A DNA stretch of 49,437 bases, filler included, from Jimgerdemannia flammicorona (lineage: Eukaryota): NCBI GenBank assembly GCA_003990765.1. It is 2 parts of 2 records of this genome, joined end to end, with 100 filler letters (N's around TTAATTAATTAA, not from the genome) between each part and the next. Parts side by side here need not be neighbours in the genome. Positions count along the whole stretch, not along the records: positions 1 to 24,671 come from RBNJ01000944.1; 1 more part is not named here. One strand, written 5' to 3'. Below the pieces are notes generated by a model, which saw only the letters and a list, made by a program, of their open reading frames with translations, was not told the origin of the DNA and did no database searches. Of this stretch, positions 12,320 through 22,709 are shown in pieces. Position 1 is the first letter of the stretch. Each line of letters starts with the position of its first letter. The position numbers and the translations under genes are program-made.

Positions 12320-13107
12320 GATATCGCGATCGCCACCCGCGTCTTCCGGTCAAACTACGTTTAGACGAGAAGAGAATCATCGCCTACGAACTTCCTTTGG
12401 GGGTTCATGGAATACCGTGCTTCGAAATCGGGTTTGCTGTGCGCACCTGGAGCAATCTGATGGATTCCGTGCCCGAGTTTGATATCGTTACGGGCCCGAA
12501 CACATTTTGGACTTGTGATATTGCCTTCCGACCAATCAACCGTCCTCGACCTGCACCTGGCCAAGGATGTAATTCGGCTGGAGAGGCATATCCGACCATG
12601 GTGGTAGAAGTTGACGTAAACCAGAGCCATAAAAGCTTGTACCGAGCGGCAGCACACCATTTTTCTCCACGAACCACAATTCAGATATATCTCGCTATCA
12701 AGATTTTTCCTCGCCGACAGAACGGTACACGAACAATGGTTGCTTTACGTTTCCTTCGTACAAACAAGGCCCGACATCGTAAAATCGTTTGGAACAGCAC
12801 CAATCCCCAGGCAAATGAAAGACTATCTTCAGGCTAAACACGTTCCAGATGCTGCCATTACAGGTTTAAGAAGACATGGAGATCCTGCTTGCGACGCTGC
12901 TGGTATTGCATTATACCAAATGAATTTTCCTGCAGCTCTACTTTTCAACGGTGATCCGGCTGGTGTTCCTGGTGCATTAGCTGCTGGCTTCAACTTGGAT
13001 TTATGGATTGTACAGGCTGCAGCACTGAGAGGTATGTATACATTTGAGTTGAATCAATTTTATTATTACAATATTAATTTTTATAATTTTCTTTTCTGAT
13101 AGGTTAA
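12320..13107 (+). pseudogene. Crinkler-associated restriction-endonuclease-fold (Uma2-like) domain, C-terminal exons, frameshifted
   Basis: After acceptor CAG (12319): ...IIAYELPLGVHG...CDIAFRP...YPTMVVEVDVNQSHKSL...SPRTTIQIYLAIKIFPRR...MVALRFLR. After a frameshift at ~12765: PDIVKSFGTAP...LYQMNFPAALLF...FNLDLW. The last intron is 13032-13102 and the stop is at 13105-13107. Confidence 0.7.
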
Positions 13108-13466
13108 TGCTTAGATTTCGAATCAAAATTTTCTTCGCTCAAGTCCAAAGTGCCGACATCCATTATGTTCTCACATAGTCAGAAGATCGTCTGCGCTTCC
13201 CTTTTTTTGAATTGTCATGCAAATATTGAATGTACTTAGCTCGCATCAGATTCATTTATATTTTGGGCTCATCACGGAAAAAAAAATAAGGGGGATGGCC
13301 AGAGGTTAGAACATTAGAATCCGAAGGAAGGCACAGGGCCCAGATCACTCCAACATTGAAATGAAAGAAGGAACGGGAGCCGAATGGAAAAACAAGATGC
13401 CCACCCTCGACAAACTGATTAGAGAAACGAAACGAAAGAAGGAATAGAAACTCACCGAAGACGGAG

Positions 13467-13859
13467 AAAGTTTAGAACAAAGTCTTAATCTCAGCGGATC
13501 GTAGCAACAAGGCTACTCTACTGCTTACAATACCTAGTTCTATTTAAGTCGTCTGCAAAGGATTTATCCTCTCCAATATTTGAAATTGCAATTCGGAAGC
13601 AAGGAACGCAGCCATTCCGCTACGCACCCGGTACCCCCCTAGTATGATTCAGGAGCCGAGGCTCTATTGTTATTCGACTAAACATGGAGAAGGTATGGAT
13701 CGTCGCTTCTAGCACGGATTCTGACTTAGAGGCGTTCAGCCATAATCCAGCGGATGGTAGCTTCGCGGCATTGTCTTTTCAGACAACCGCAAATACCAAT
13801 TATCCGAATGTAGGGTTCCTCTCGTACTAACTTCAATTACTATTGCAACAACTTTTCAT

Positions 13860-13900
<41 letters not shown>

Positions 13901-14033
13901 CTATTAGTGGGTGAACAATCCAACGCTTACCGAATCCTGCTTCGGTATGATAGGAAGAGCCTATCCCTGTGGTAACTTTTCTGGCACCTCTAGCCTCAAA
14001 TTTCGAGGGACTAAAGGATCGATAGGCCACACT
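13467..14033 (-). pseudogene. Dispersed 3' fragment of 25S/28S rRNA gene with two internal deletions
   Basis: Reverse complement of the LSU 3' region: sarcin-ricin loop (GTTCCTCTCGTACT at ~13815), GGATTCTGACTTAGAGGCGTTCAG, TATCCCTGTGGTAACTT and 3'-terminal CTTAATCTCAGCGGATCG. Conserved segments are missing at ~13900 and ~13961. Confidence 0.93.
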
Positions 14034-15639
14034 AAATGATGTAGCAGGGGGATTTCTGCTAGATGCCGTTGCTCGCAAAAAGTAGCCCTGCAATGAGTAC
14101 AACCCACCCTCAACAAAACTCACTGGAATTACAAGCAGCCACACACCAAATCAAATGTAGCAGACAGTAGGATGGGTCAGATAGGCTGGAGTGCAATTGG
14201 ATAGGCTGGAGTGCAATTTCTGAAGGCAGGAAGTGATTTAGTGCAATTGCAATTCCCCGAAGCTCGGTGTCTTTATATATTTTAGAGAATTTGTTTCTGT
14301 ATGGCTAGCTATGCAGTTTCTCAACATGATGGATATACGTAACTAAGGGATTATGTTTTCCGATGGGTGACTTAGACCTAACTAACTGGAGTGTTTTTAA
14401 CCTATCTGTGAATTTCATGGGAGAGGTCCACGTGGACATTCTGTTTTCCTAAAATTTGCCTGTCAGAATGGGAAGGACTATCGACAACGCAAGAGCGACG
14501 GTAAAATTGTGGCCGAGACAACTGAGCATCCCATAATATCTCATTACATCTTAGTACAACGGCGTTTACATTGGTGCATGTCAGCAGGTTGTGGGTAAAT
14601 AAAAATGCCGGCTCAGGGTGATGCATGGGCCTAAGAAGAAAAGGCCCGTACATTATATGTATTATTTCTGGATCTCTATGGACAGGTCGAATGAGTCTAC
14701 AAACTGGCCTTTGGGGATTGTGAATCGCCGAACCTGGGATTCTGTGTCAGTGCAAAAGAGCCAGTGCGGCCCGCACCACTTCAGGATGACTATGCTGGTT
14801 TGGTCATTCAAGAAAGCAATACAAGCAATAAGAACCTGTTAATTCGGGTGCACGATCAGGTGACCGTCTGGGCGCACAATTTGTGGGTGATGTCACTGGT
14901 GGCACACCAAAGCTCTCGACGCGTTTGCTCCGCTTCTCCCTATTTCCCGACTCCTGAATTCAGATGCATGTTTGAATCTAGCTTGTCAGGCTGTCCAACA
15001 AAGAATCTCGAACTAAAACAACCATTCACCTATTTCCACGCATTTGCTGGTTTACAGTAGTGTTGTACAACAGACACGTTCATTCCACCTCTATCGTGTT
15101 TTTGCCTTTCGATCTCAACAAGCATCTTCAGTAGCTCATTCCGCCCGAGTTATTTGACAGACACTCAGCACATGCATCTTCACACAATAGCTCATTCCGC
15201 CCATGTCAACAAGTACTCGGATAGACACAAATCTCGACGCACTCTTCCAAATCTCGAGCTGACATATCTCAACCTTACACATAACGCATTCCGCCCAGCA
15301 CTCGGACAAGCTCATCACCTTAGACTCGTGGTAATGTTGCTGGGGTGCAGTGTGTTCACAGCAGGGTAACCTTGTGGTGGGAGATACTTAAGTGTGAGCT
15401 TGGGCAGGAGGCAATCTCGGTTCCAATTTACGCCTCTTACTGTTTACTTCATCTGTGTCTTATATATTGCATGTTTTCTCCTAACATACATTCAGACAAT
15501 GGCCCGCACCAGGTAAACAGCAAAGAAATCCACATTCGGTCGTGCACCAACCAAAGAATTGCTTGATCCACTACCAAAAGCGACAAAGCCTACTACGTCC
15601 AACCGAATGGCTTCGAGAGCTCTGAAGGTATATTTTGCA

Positions 15640-16530
15640 TATCGGCAATAATATTTCCCTTTTTATTTATTTTATTTTATGGGTTATATATCATGTCTGG
15701 CTATCTGCCTTGATGATTTTACCTTTTATTATTTATCCTTTTCATGGGTTATATATTGTGTCTGGCTATCTGCCTCAGCAATAATGTTTCCTTTTTATTT
15801 ATTTTATTTTATGGGTTATACATCATGTCTGGCTATCTGCCTTGATGATTCTACCCTTTATTATTTATTTTTTTCATGGGTTATATTATTGTGTCTGGCT
15901 ATCTGCCTCAGCAATAATATTTCCCTTTATTTATTTTCATGGGTTATATATATTGTGTCTGGCTATCTGCTTCGGCAATAATATTTCCCTTTTTATTCCT
16001 TTTATTTTATGGGTTATATATCATGTCTGGCTATCTGCTTCGATGATTCTACCCTTTATTATTTATTTTTTCATGGGTTATATATATTGTGTCTGGCTAT
16101 CTGCCTCAATGATTCTGCCCTTTTATTATTTATTTTTCATGGGTTATATATTGTGTCTGGCTATCTGCCTCGACAATAATATTTCCCTTTTTATTCATTT
16201 TATTTTATGGGTTATATATCATGTCTGGCTATCTGCCTCGATGATTCTACCCTTTTATTATTATTTTTTCATGGATTATATATTGTGTCTGGCTATCTGC
16301 CTTGGCAATAATATTTCCCTCTTTATTTATTTTATTCTATGGGTTATATATTGTGTCTGGCTATCTGCCTCGGCAATAATATTTCCCTTTTATTTATTTA
16401 TTCTGGGTTATATATTGTGTCCGGCTATCTGCCTCGACAATAATATTTTCCTCTTTATTTATTTTATTCTATGGGTTATATATTGTGTCTGGCTATCTGC
16501 TTCGGCAATTTCATTTTCCTTTTATTACAG
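15640..16530. repeat. Intronic tandem array, 13 units of 64-68 bp, core ATGGGTTATATA(T/C)(T/A)GTGTCTGGCTATCTGCCTCG, two largely alternating subtypes
   Basis: TCTGGCTATCTGC cores at 15696, 15761, 15828, 15894, 15958, 16026, 16092, 16156, 16224, 16288, 16356, 16420 and 16488. Confidence 0.95.
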
Positions 16531-18170
16531 GTTCACTAATATATTAACCTTTTATTATTCTAATTATACAAGTTATAACTGAATCTGATATCGGAAGACT
16601 TCCAACATCCCTATGTTGTATGTGCGGCCATGGAGATCGAGTTTTTGAAACCTGCAATATTGTAGGATGCCTCAATATGATATGCATTGAGCACAACGAC
16701 AGCAACGAGAAATCACCACTCTGTGCTTCTGGAGTACCTGAAAATACATGGATATGTCCTATGCATAACGAGACTGATGTTAGTATTATAATGATCACTT
16801 TTAACCAGTTTATATTATACACATAAATATTATTCTAATTCAAATTATCTCTAATCAGGTTCAAATCAAATATGATGTTAATATCAAAGTGGACATTCAA
16901 TCATTGGCGTTTAGTGAAATGGCATGGAATGCTATCATGGGGGCTGTGAATAGTACATTTGGAGGATATTGCGTAAGTGTTTATATTTTGGATGGGAGAG
17001 GTTGTAATATAATTATTATTAATTTATTTATAAATATTAAATATCTTATCTCATTTATTATTTATTTATATAAAAGCAAGGTCAAATATCCGTCTATTCC
17101 CACATCTTTAATGGTGGCAATTCTCTTCAACAATGTATACAAGATAGCATTCCAAATGGCGATCTGATGCACACAAATGGCTAATTATAAAAACACATGT
17201 GAATGAAGTTGGAGATCTTTGGATAGTGATGGGAATCCATGGTCACTTGCCAACAGTACAGTGAGTAAACTATATAATTTATTCATATATATATATATAT
17301 CAAATTCTAGATCTAACTATTGTAATTAGTTTTTCAACGCTCTTTTTGAGCAGTCAGAATACAGCGATATCAATCTTGTTCTTCTTGTCTGTGGTACTGT
17401 AATTCAACCTAAATCCAATAACAAAGAACAGATATTGCAGGCGCACATCTCGATTATTGATATTATCAAAAGGTCAGTTTATTAACATATATCTCAATCG
17501 TTGATATCAAAGGTTATTTGTATTAAGTATTATATATTATATAATAATATCAACCATCTACAATTTAACAGAGTTACTACTGGACGAGCATTACTATTGA
17601 AGGTTATGAATTTCAGCACATCCCTCTTGTCGTATCGGTCACTGTAAGATTCAATAGCCTTATGGGACACCAGTTTGGGTTCTGGAGGGAGGACAGGGAA
17701 CATATGTGCATCGAAAGGTTCAGCCTTGCAGCAAACATCCTCGGGCACATAAACACCAGAACAAGTTTTGTATAGATATTGGAAAATATGAGGATAAAAA
17801 CTATGTTGTACGTATTTTCAGATGCAATGCACCTAGGGTAGCCATTTAGCTATTGAACTATCATTTTGCCAATAAATGTAAATTTGCCATTATTGTCTTG
17901 CTATTCTATTCTTGAGCATTATAAAATGACACTTCGAGGTGTTTGAAATACATGAATATTTCGATGACAATCTCCGGGGTAATTTGTTTATTGAATTCCG
18001 AAACCTTTACCCATATACATCTATCTCGGACGCTGCCCCTCAGATATTCACTAACACTCAAGGTGGGATTTTTCAAAATATATCTCTTAAAGCATTCCTG
18101 TTGTAATTATATGGTTTTATGAGTTTATCAAAACCGTAAAGCCGTTGTACGTGACTATAGTCGATTGGTA

Positions 18171-18285
18171 GATCTGCCTCGACGATTATACCTCCCTTTG
18201 AATTTTTGTTTTTATTTCATGAGGTTATATGTCGTGTCTGGCTATCTGCCTCGACGATTATATCTCCTTTTTATTTTTAATTTAT
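18171..18285. repeat. Two further units of the copy-2 array motif in the presumed last intron of copy 2
   Basis: ATCTGCCTCGACGATTATA...GGTTATATGTCGTGTCTGGCTATCTGCCTCGACGATTATA matches the 15640-16530 unit and is followed by acceptor TTTTGAAAG|GTG at ~18294. Confidence 0.85.
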
Positions 18286-18733
18286 TTTTGAAAGGTGACA
18301 CCTCGTTGTGGTGTTCACGGTGTTCACAGAATTTATAACGAAGATGTGGCTTGTTCAATATGTTCCACCAATTTTGATCCCACCAAAACAAAAACGCGTT
18401 CACCCCCCAGTAACACACCTATGTTGCCCTTGTCTTCGGACATTCCGAGTTGTTCACTTTATATGTTCACCCGAATCGCTTAGCAAGCTTTGCCAGTATC
18501 GTCGGACGAGCTCATTCACCTCACACGTTCACCTGAGTTGTTCTGTAAGTGTTGTCTGTGTTGTTGGAAGGGTTCATTCACCTTATAAACCGAATCGCTT
18601 TGCAAGCTCTACCAGTGTCGTCGGACGAGCTTGTTCAACTCACACTAGCTCATTTACTAGTACGTTCCCCCAGGTTGTTGAGTATCCATCACCAGTAACT
18701 GTCACAGGCTCTCTTGCCGGTACCGACTTCGGA

Positions 18734-20885
18734 ATGGCACGCACCAGACAAACCGCAAAGACGTCGACCTTTGGTCATGCAGCCTGAAAAAGCCTCAACC
18801 ATGTCCAGGAGTCCGATCACTGTACCTACCAACCCCCCTACAAGGACACCGAGGCGTTCTGCTACAGTCAAGACCTGGCCATCTAATCAGGTATATCATG
18901 GTGTGGGGTTTTGATACAGAGATAGATGAGAGGAAGCCATATGACTATTCTTGCATTTACCTGGGATTTTTGGGCGAATGTGTGCGTGATTGAAGTCATT
19001 TTCACCACATTATTATTTTTTTTGGTTGGCGAATGTCTCTATGACTGAAGCCATTTTCACCACATTATTTATTTTGGGTTGGCGAACGTCTCTGTGACTG
19101 AAGCCTTGGTGAATGTCTCGTGACTGAAGCCTCCAGACCTTCCTTTCTATCGTACCACATTATTATTTATTTCGGTTGGTGAACGTCTCTGTGACTGAAG
19201 CCATTTCATTTATTTCGGTTGACGAACGTCTCGTGACTGAAGCCATTTCATTTATTTCGGTTGACGAACGTCTCTGTGACTGAGCCTTAAGACCTTCCTT
19301 TTATCATATGAATGGCGAACGTCTCTGTAACTGAAGCCATTTTCACCACATATTATTATTTTGGGTTGGCGAACGTCTCTGTGACTGAAGCCTTAAGACC
19401 TTCCTTTTTATTATTTATTTTGGGTCGGTGAACGTCTCTGTGACTGAAACCTTACGACCTTTCTTTTTACTATTATTTATTTTGGGTCGATGAACGTCTC
19501 TGTGACTGAAACCATACGACCTTCCTTTTTATTATTATTTATTTGGGTTGGCGAACGTCTCTGTGACTGAAGCCTTGAAAGACCTTTCTTTTTATTATTA
19601 TTTATTTGGGGTCGGTGAACGTCTCTGTGACTGAAGCCTTAAGACCTTTCGTTTATTATTTATTTGGGGTCGGTGAACGTCTCTGTGACTGAAGCCTTAA
19701 GACCTTTCGTTTATTATTTATTTTGGGTCAGTGAATGTCTCTGTGACTGAAACCATACGACCTTCCTTTTTATTATTATTTATTTGGGTTGGCGAACGTC
19801 TCTGTGACAGAAGCCCCTTTTTATTATTTATTTTGGGTCGGTGAACGTCTCTGTGACTGAAACCTTACGACCTTCCTTTTTATTATTATTTATTTTGGGT
19901 CGGTGAATGTCTCTGTGACTGAAACCATATGACCTTCCTTTTTATTTATTTGGATTGGCGAACGTCTCTGTGACTGAAGCCTTGAGACCTTTCTTTTTAT
20001 TGTTATTATTTTGGGTCGGTGAACGTCTCTGTGACTGAAGCCTTAAGACCTTTCTTTTTATTATTATTTATTTTGGGTCGGTGAACGTCTCTGTGACTGA
20101 AACCTTACGACCTTCTCTCTGTGACTGAAGCCATTTCACTACATTATTATTTATTTGGGTTGGCGAACGTCTCTGTAACTGAAGCCTTAAGACCTTCCTT
20201 TATCATATGATAATCACAATTTTCTAACATGATGTTTCCAATTTATTTTATTTTTAAAAACAAATCAAATATCAGGTTTCTCGAACCATCGACATTGGGT
20301 GCGTTCAGGGCACCATGTACTGTCTGTGTGGGACTGGAGGCTGTGTTCTCGAAGGGTGCAGCATCAACTACTGTTCCAATGCCATTTGTGTTGAGAATGA
20401 TCGGAATCATCCATGCGCACCTTCTATCGCTGAAGGAGCATGGCGATGTCCAACTCATGATGGCAGAACATCGGTATGATGGAACTCGTCGAATCGATAT
20501 TCAGACTATTGAGCTTGAATCTTTTTCAGAATGGGGGATACTCCTCTCAGCAACCAGATTGATGTTTGCTTCATATGTGTATGTATTCAGATGAGTGTTA
20601 TGTATTTATTCTTGGTGCTAATATTGATTAGATTTAGCTAACATGCTATTTCTATCTATATAGCATGATCAGATCTTGTTTACAAACCACTCTTTCTCTA
20701 ATGGAGATATGCTTGAAACTGTATTGACCGGATGTGAGTTTTACTCGGTTTATTTCATTTTGGGTTTTGGGTATTATGCTCTAACCAAAGCTCTGTTTTT
20801 TAAATTACATCATGTGGCTGAGCTATCTGTGAAACCTTCTCATTGGTCCTCAGATGGCATTCCTGGCCAATGGCTATATTCATGA
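18734..20885 (+). pseudogene. H3-tail-mimic gene, copy 3: H3 tail exon, array-containing intron, PHD/ADD-like finger exon and downstream exons homologous to copy 2
   Basis: Exon 1 (18734-18890) reads MARTRQTAKTSTFGHAA*KSL.../...TRTPRRSATVKTWPSNQ|GTATAT with one frameshift. The intron runs 18891-20275. Exon 2 reads VSRTIDIGCVQGTMYCLCGTGGCVLEGCSINYCSNAICVENDRNHPCAPSIAEGAWRCPTH. RYDGTRRIDIQTIELESFSEWGILLSATRLMFASY and HDQILFTNHSFSNGDML align with copy 2. Confidence 0.75.
18975..20200. repeat. Intronic tandem array, about 22 units of mostly ~55-62 bp, core GG(C/T)GAACGTCTCTGTGACTGAA(G/A)CC
   Basis: Directly visible conserved core separated by T/A-rich linkers of variable length. Confidence 0.95.
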
Positions 20886-21225
20886 GGTGTTAGTAAATAT
20901 GATTATTCATGGCCAATAGCAAATACAGATCTACAATTCATATTACATATGTACAACATTGATCGAACTCTGTTACAATATATTCGCTGCTTATTTTTCC
21001 ATTTGCAAATAGCATTCATTTCTAATATAACTACAATATGAACAAGCCAACCTTGAAGAGCCATTGTCGACTCACCCCCCTATACAGAACAAGCGAACCA
21101 AGTGCACTGAAGGGCCATCAACATCAAATCCAAAGAGGCGAAACAAGCGTCGTGATAAATCTAACAATAGTCCATTGATTGGAAAAACGCCTGTCAGACA
21201 CCACTGGCACCTAATGTGGTATATA

Positions 21226-21955
21226 ATTGGGCACACAGTCATGTGACCAATTTGTGTGAAGTAATCTGTCTGGCATAATATATATAGATATCATTTTTAC
21301 CTGATGCAATATAGCTCTGTAATTATATAGAGAGATGTCTAGAATACAAAGATACAGAGCCAGAATTTGTGATTGCTACTTGGCAGTAAAGATATTAGCT
21401 ATTAAAAAGGACTTTCAACAAAGCTAAATTATAAATACAATAAGCAGCAATTTGAGCTAGTTAAAAATTATCAGCGAAATTAAAGTGGTCTGTCTATATA
21501 GATATCATTTATACTTGGTGCAATATAGCTCTATATTTATGTAGAGAGATATTTGAATACAAAGGTATAGAGCCAGAATGTGTTCATTAGCAGATAGTAT
21601 TTTATACTAACCAAATTTCAGAAATCTAGAGATTGTATTTTAAGAACATATAGAGAAATTAAAACTAGATGTAATACATATGTATGGAAGTGAAATTAAT
21701 ATGCTCTGACCAACATTACTCCTTCAGATGTTATATATTTAGCAAAATATAGCTCTGTAACTATGTAGAGAAATACCTAATGTACAATATTACAGAGCTC
21801 AAATATATAATTATTGACAGATTACAGAGAAATTAATTATTGAAAAGACATTTTATAAAATAAAATTTCAAGATATAATGAGCTGATCAGAGAGTATTTT
21901 ACACTTCAATTTTGCTGCCTTTTGCGAAAATTAGTCACATGACCATATGCCCAAT
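21226..21955. mobile_element. MITE-like element with 28-bp imperfect TIRs and internal ~120-bp direct repeats (a fourth unit lies outside at ~22090-22215)
   Basis: ATTGGGCACACAGTCATGTGACCAATTT (21226-21253) versus the reverse complement of 21928-21955, ATTGGGCATATGGTCATGTGACTAATTT: 4 transitions. The unit AATATAGCTCTGTAA..ATGTAGAGAGAT...ACAGAGC recurs. Confidence 0.6.
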
Positions 21956-22709
21956 GCACCCAAATATAATTTGTCGAGACCTGTAGTGGAGTATGAGTTT
22001 TGTATACCAGGTTGTGTTTATATATGTGCTGTATATATTAGTTAGGTCATGCCATCTGACAAATACCGTTACTAAATTTAATGGAAGCGAAATTAAAGTG
22101 ATCTGGCTAGCATTATTCTTTCAGATGTCGTATACAACTGGTAAAATATAGCTCTGTAACTATGTGACGAGATACCTGGTGCACAATGTTACAGAGCTCA
22201 AATTCATGATTGCTGCCGGACTGCATTAACTGTGTTTAGATCGTGTCAACCTTGGGGTGTAAAAGAGAACGAGGCATAATTTTGCTATTAGCTAATACAA
22301 TATATCCATTCAGAGTTAGCGATCGTGCACCCGTGCGCCCTATTTTGTCGTGCACTATTAGTCTCCAGTTCGCCGAGTCTAATCCAAATGAGATGCATGC
22401 GCCCAATAAGTCCACGTGATCGTGCGCCCTTTGCGCACCCAAAACATACACCACAACCACTATGGCCCCTAATAATAATACGCCACAACCGGGTCTCACC
22501 TTTTTAACATTTGAAGAGGCCCGCGAAGATTAATTGTTGAAAAGACATTGACAGATAATATTTTACACTAACCAAATTTCATATCACTTATTGCAGCCAA
22601 ATTTGGCTGCGAAAATTGTAGAACTTTGAGGTTCTCCAAAGACAATAATAATAGGCAATTTACTCGAGTATATCCCTCAGCCACTTTATTTTTCATATTG
22701 AATGAACGG

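Larger units (their letters stand above)
15499..18483 (+). pseudogene. H3-tail-mimic gene, copy 2: H3 tail exon, array-containing intron, PHD/ADD-like finger exon, further exons with His...Cys motifs, probable C-terminal Zn ribbon
   Basis: Exon 1 (15499-15627) reads MARTR*TAKKSTFGRAPTKELL...ALK|GTATAT. Exon 2 (16572-16778; acceptor mutated CAG>CAA) reads VITESDIGRLPTSLCCMCGHGDRVFETCNIVGCLNMICIEH...LCASGVPENTWICPMH. Later exons read KYDVNIKVDIQSLAFSEMAWNAIMGAVNSTFGGY, GQISVYSHIFNGG...WLIIKTH and FFNALFEQSEYSDINLVLLVCG. The last exon reads VTPRCGVHG...CSICST. The 3' exon structure is approximate. Confidence 0.72.

Noticed and set aside
13893..14144. 83-aa ORF
   Set aside because: Mostly a translation of rRNA sequence.
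15679..16582. 100-aa and 246-aa hydrophobic ORFs resembling membrane proteins
   Set aside because: They are translations of the T-rich tandem array inside an intron.
8218..20200. Arrays resemble CRISPR (conserved or palindromic core plus variable spacer, ~60-bp period)
   Set aside because: The spacers are related to each other and low-complexity, no cas genes are present, and the context is spliceosomal introns in a eukaryote.
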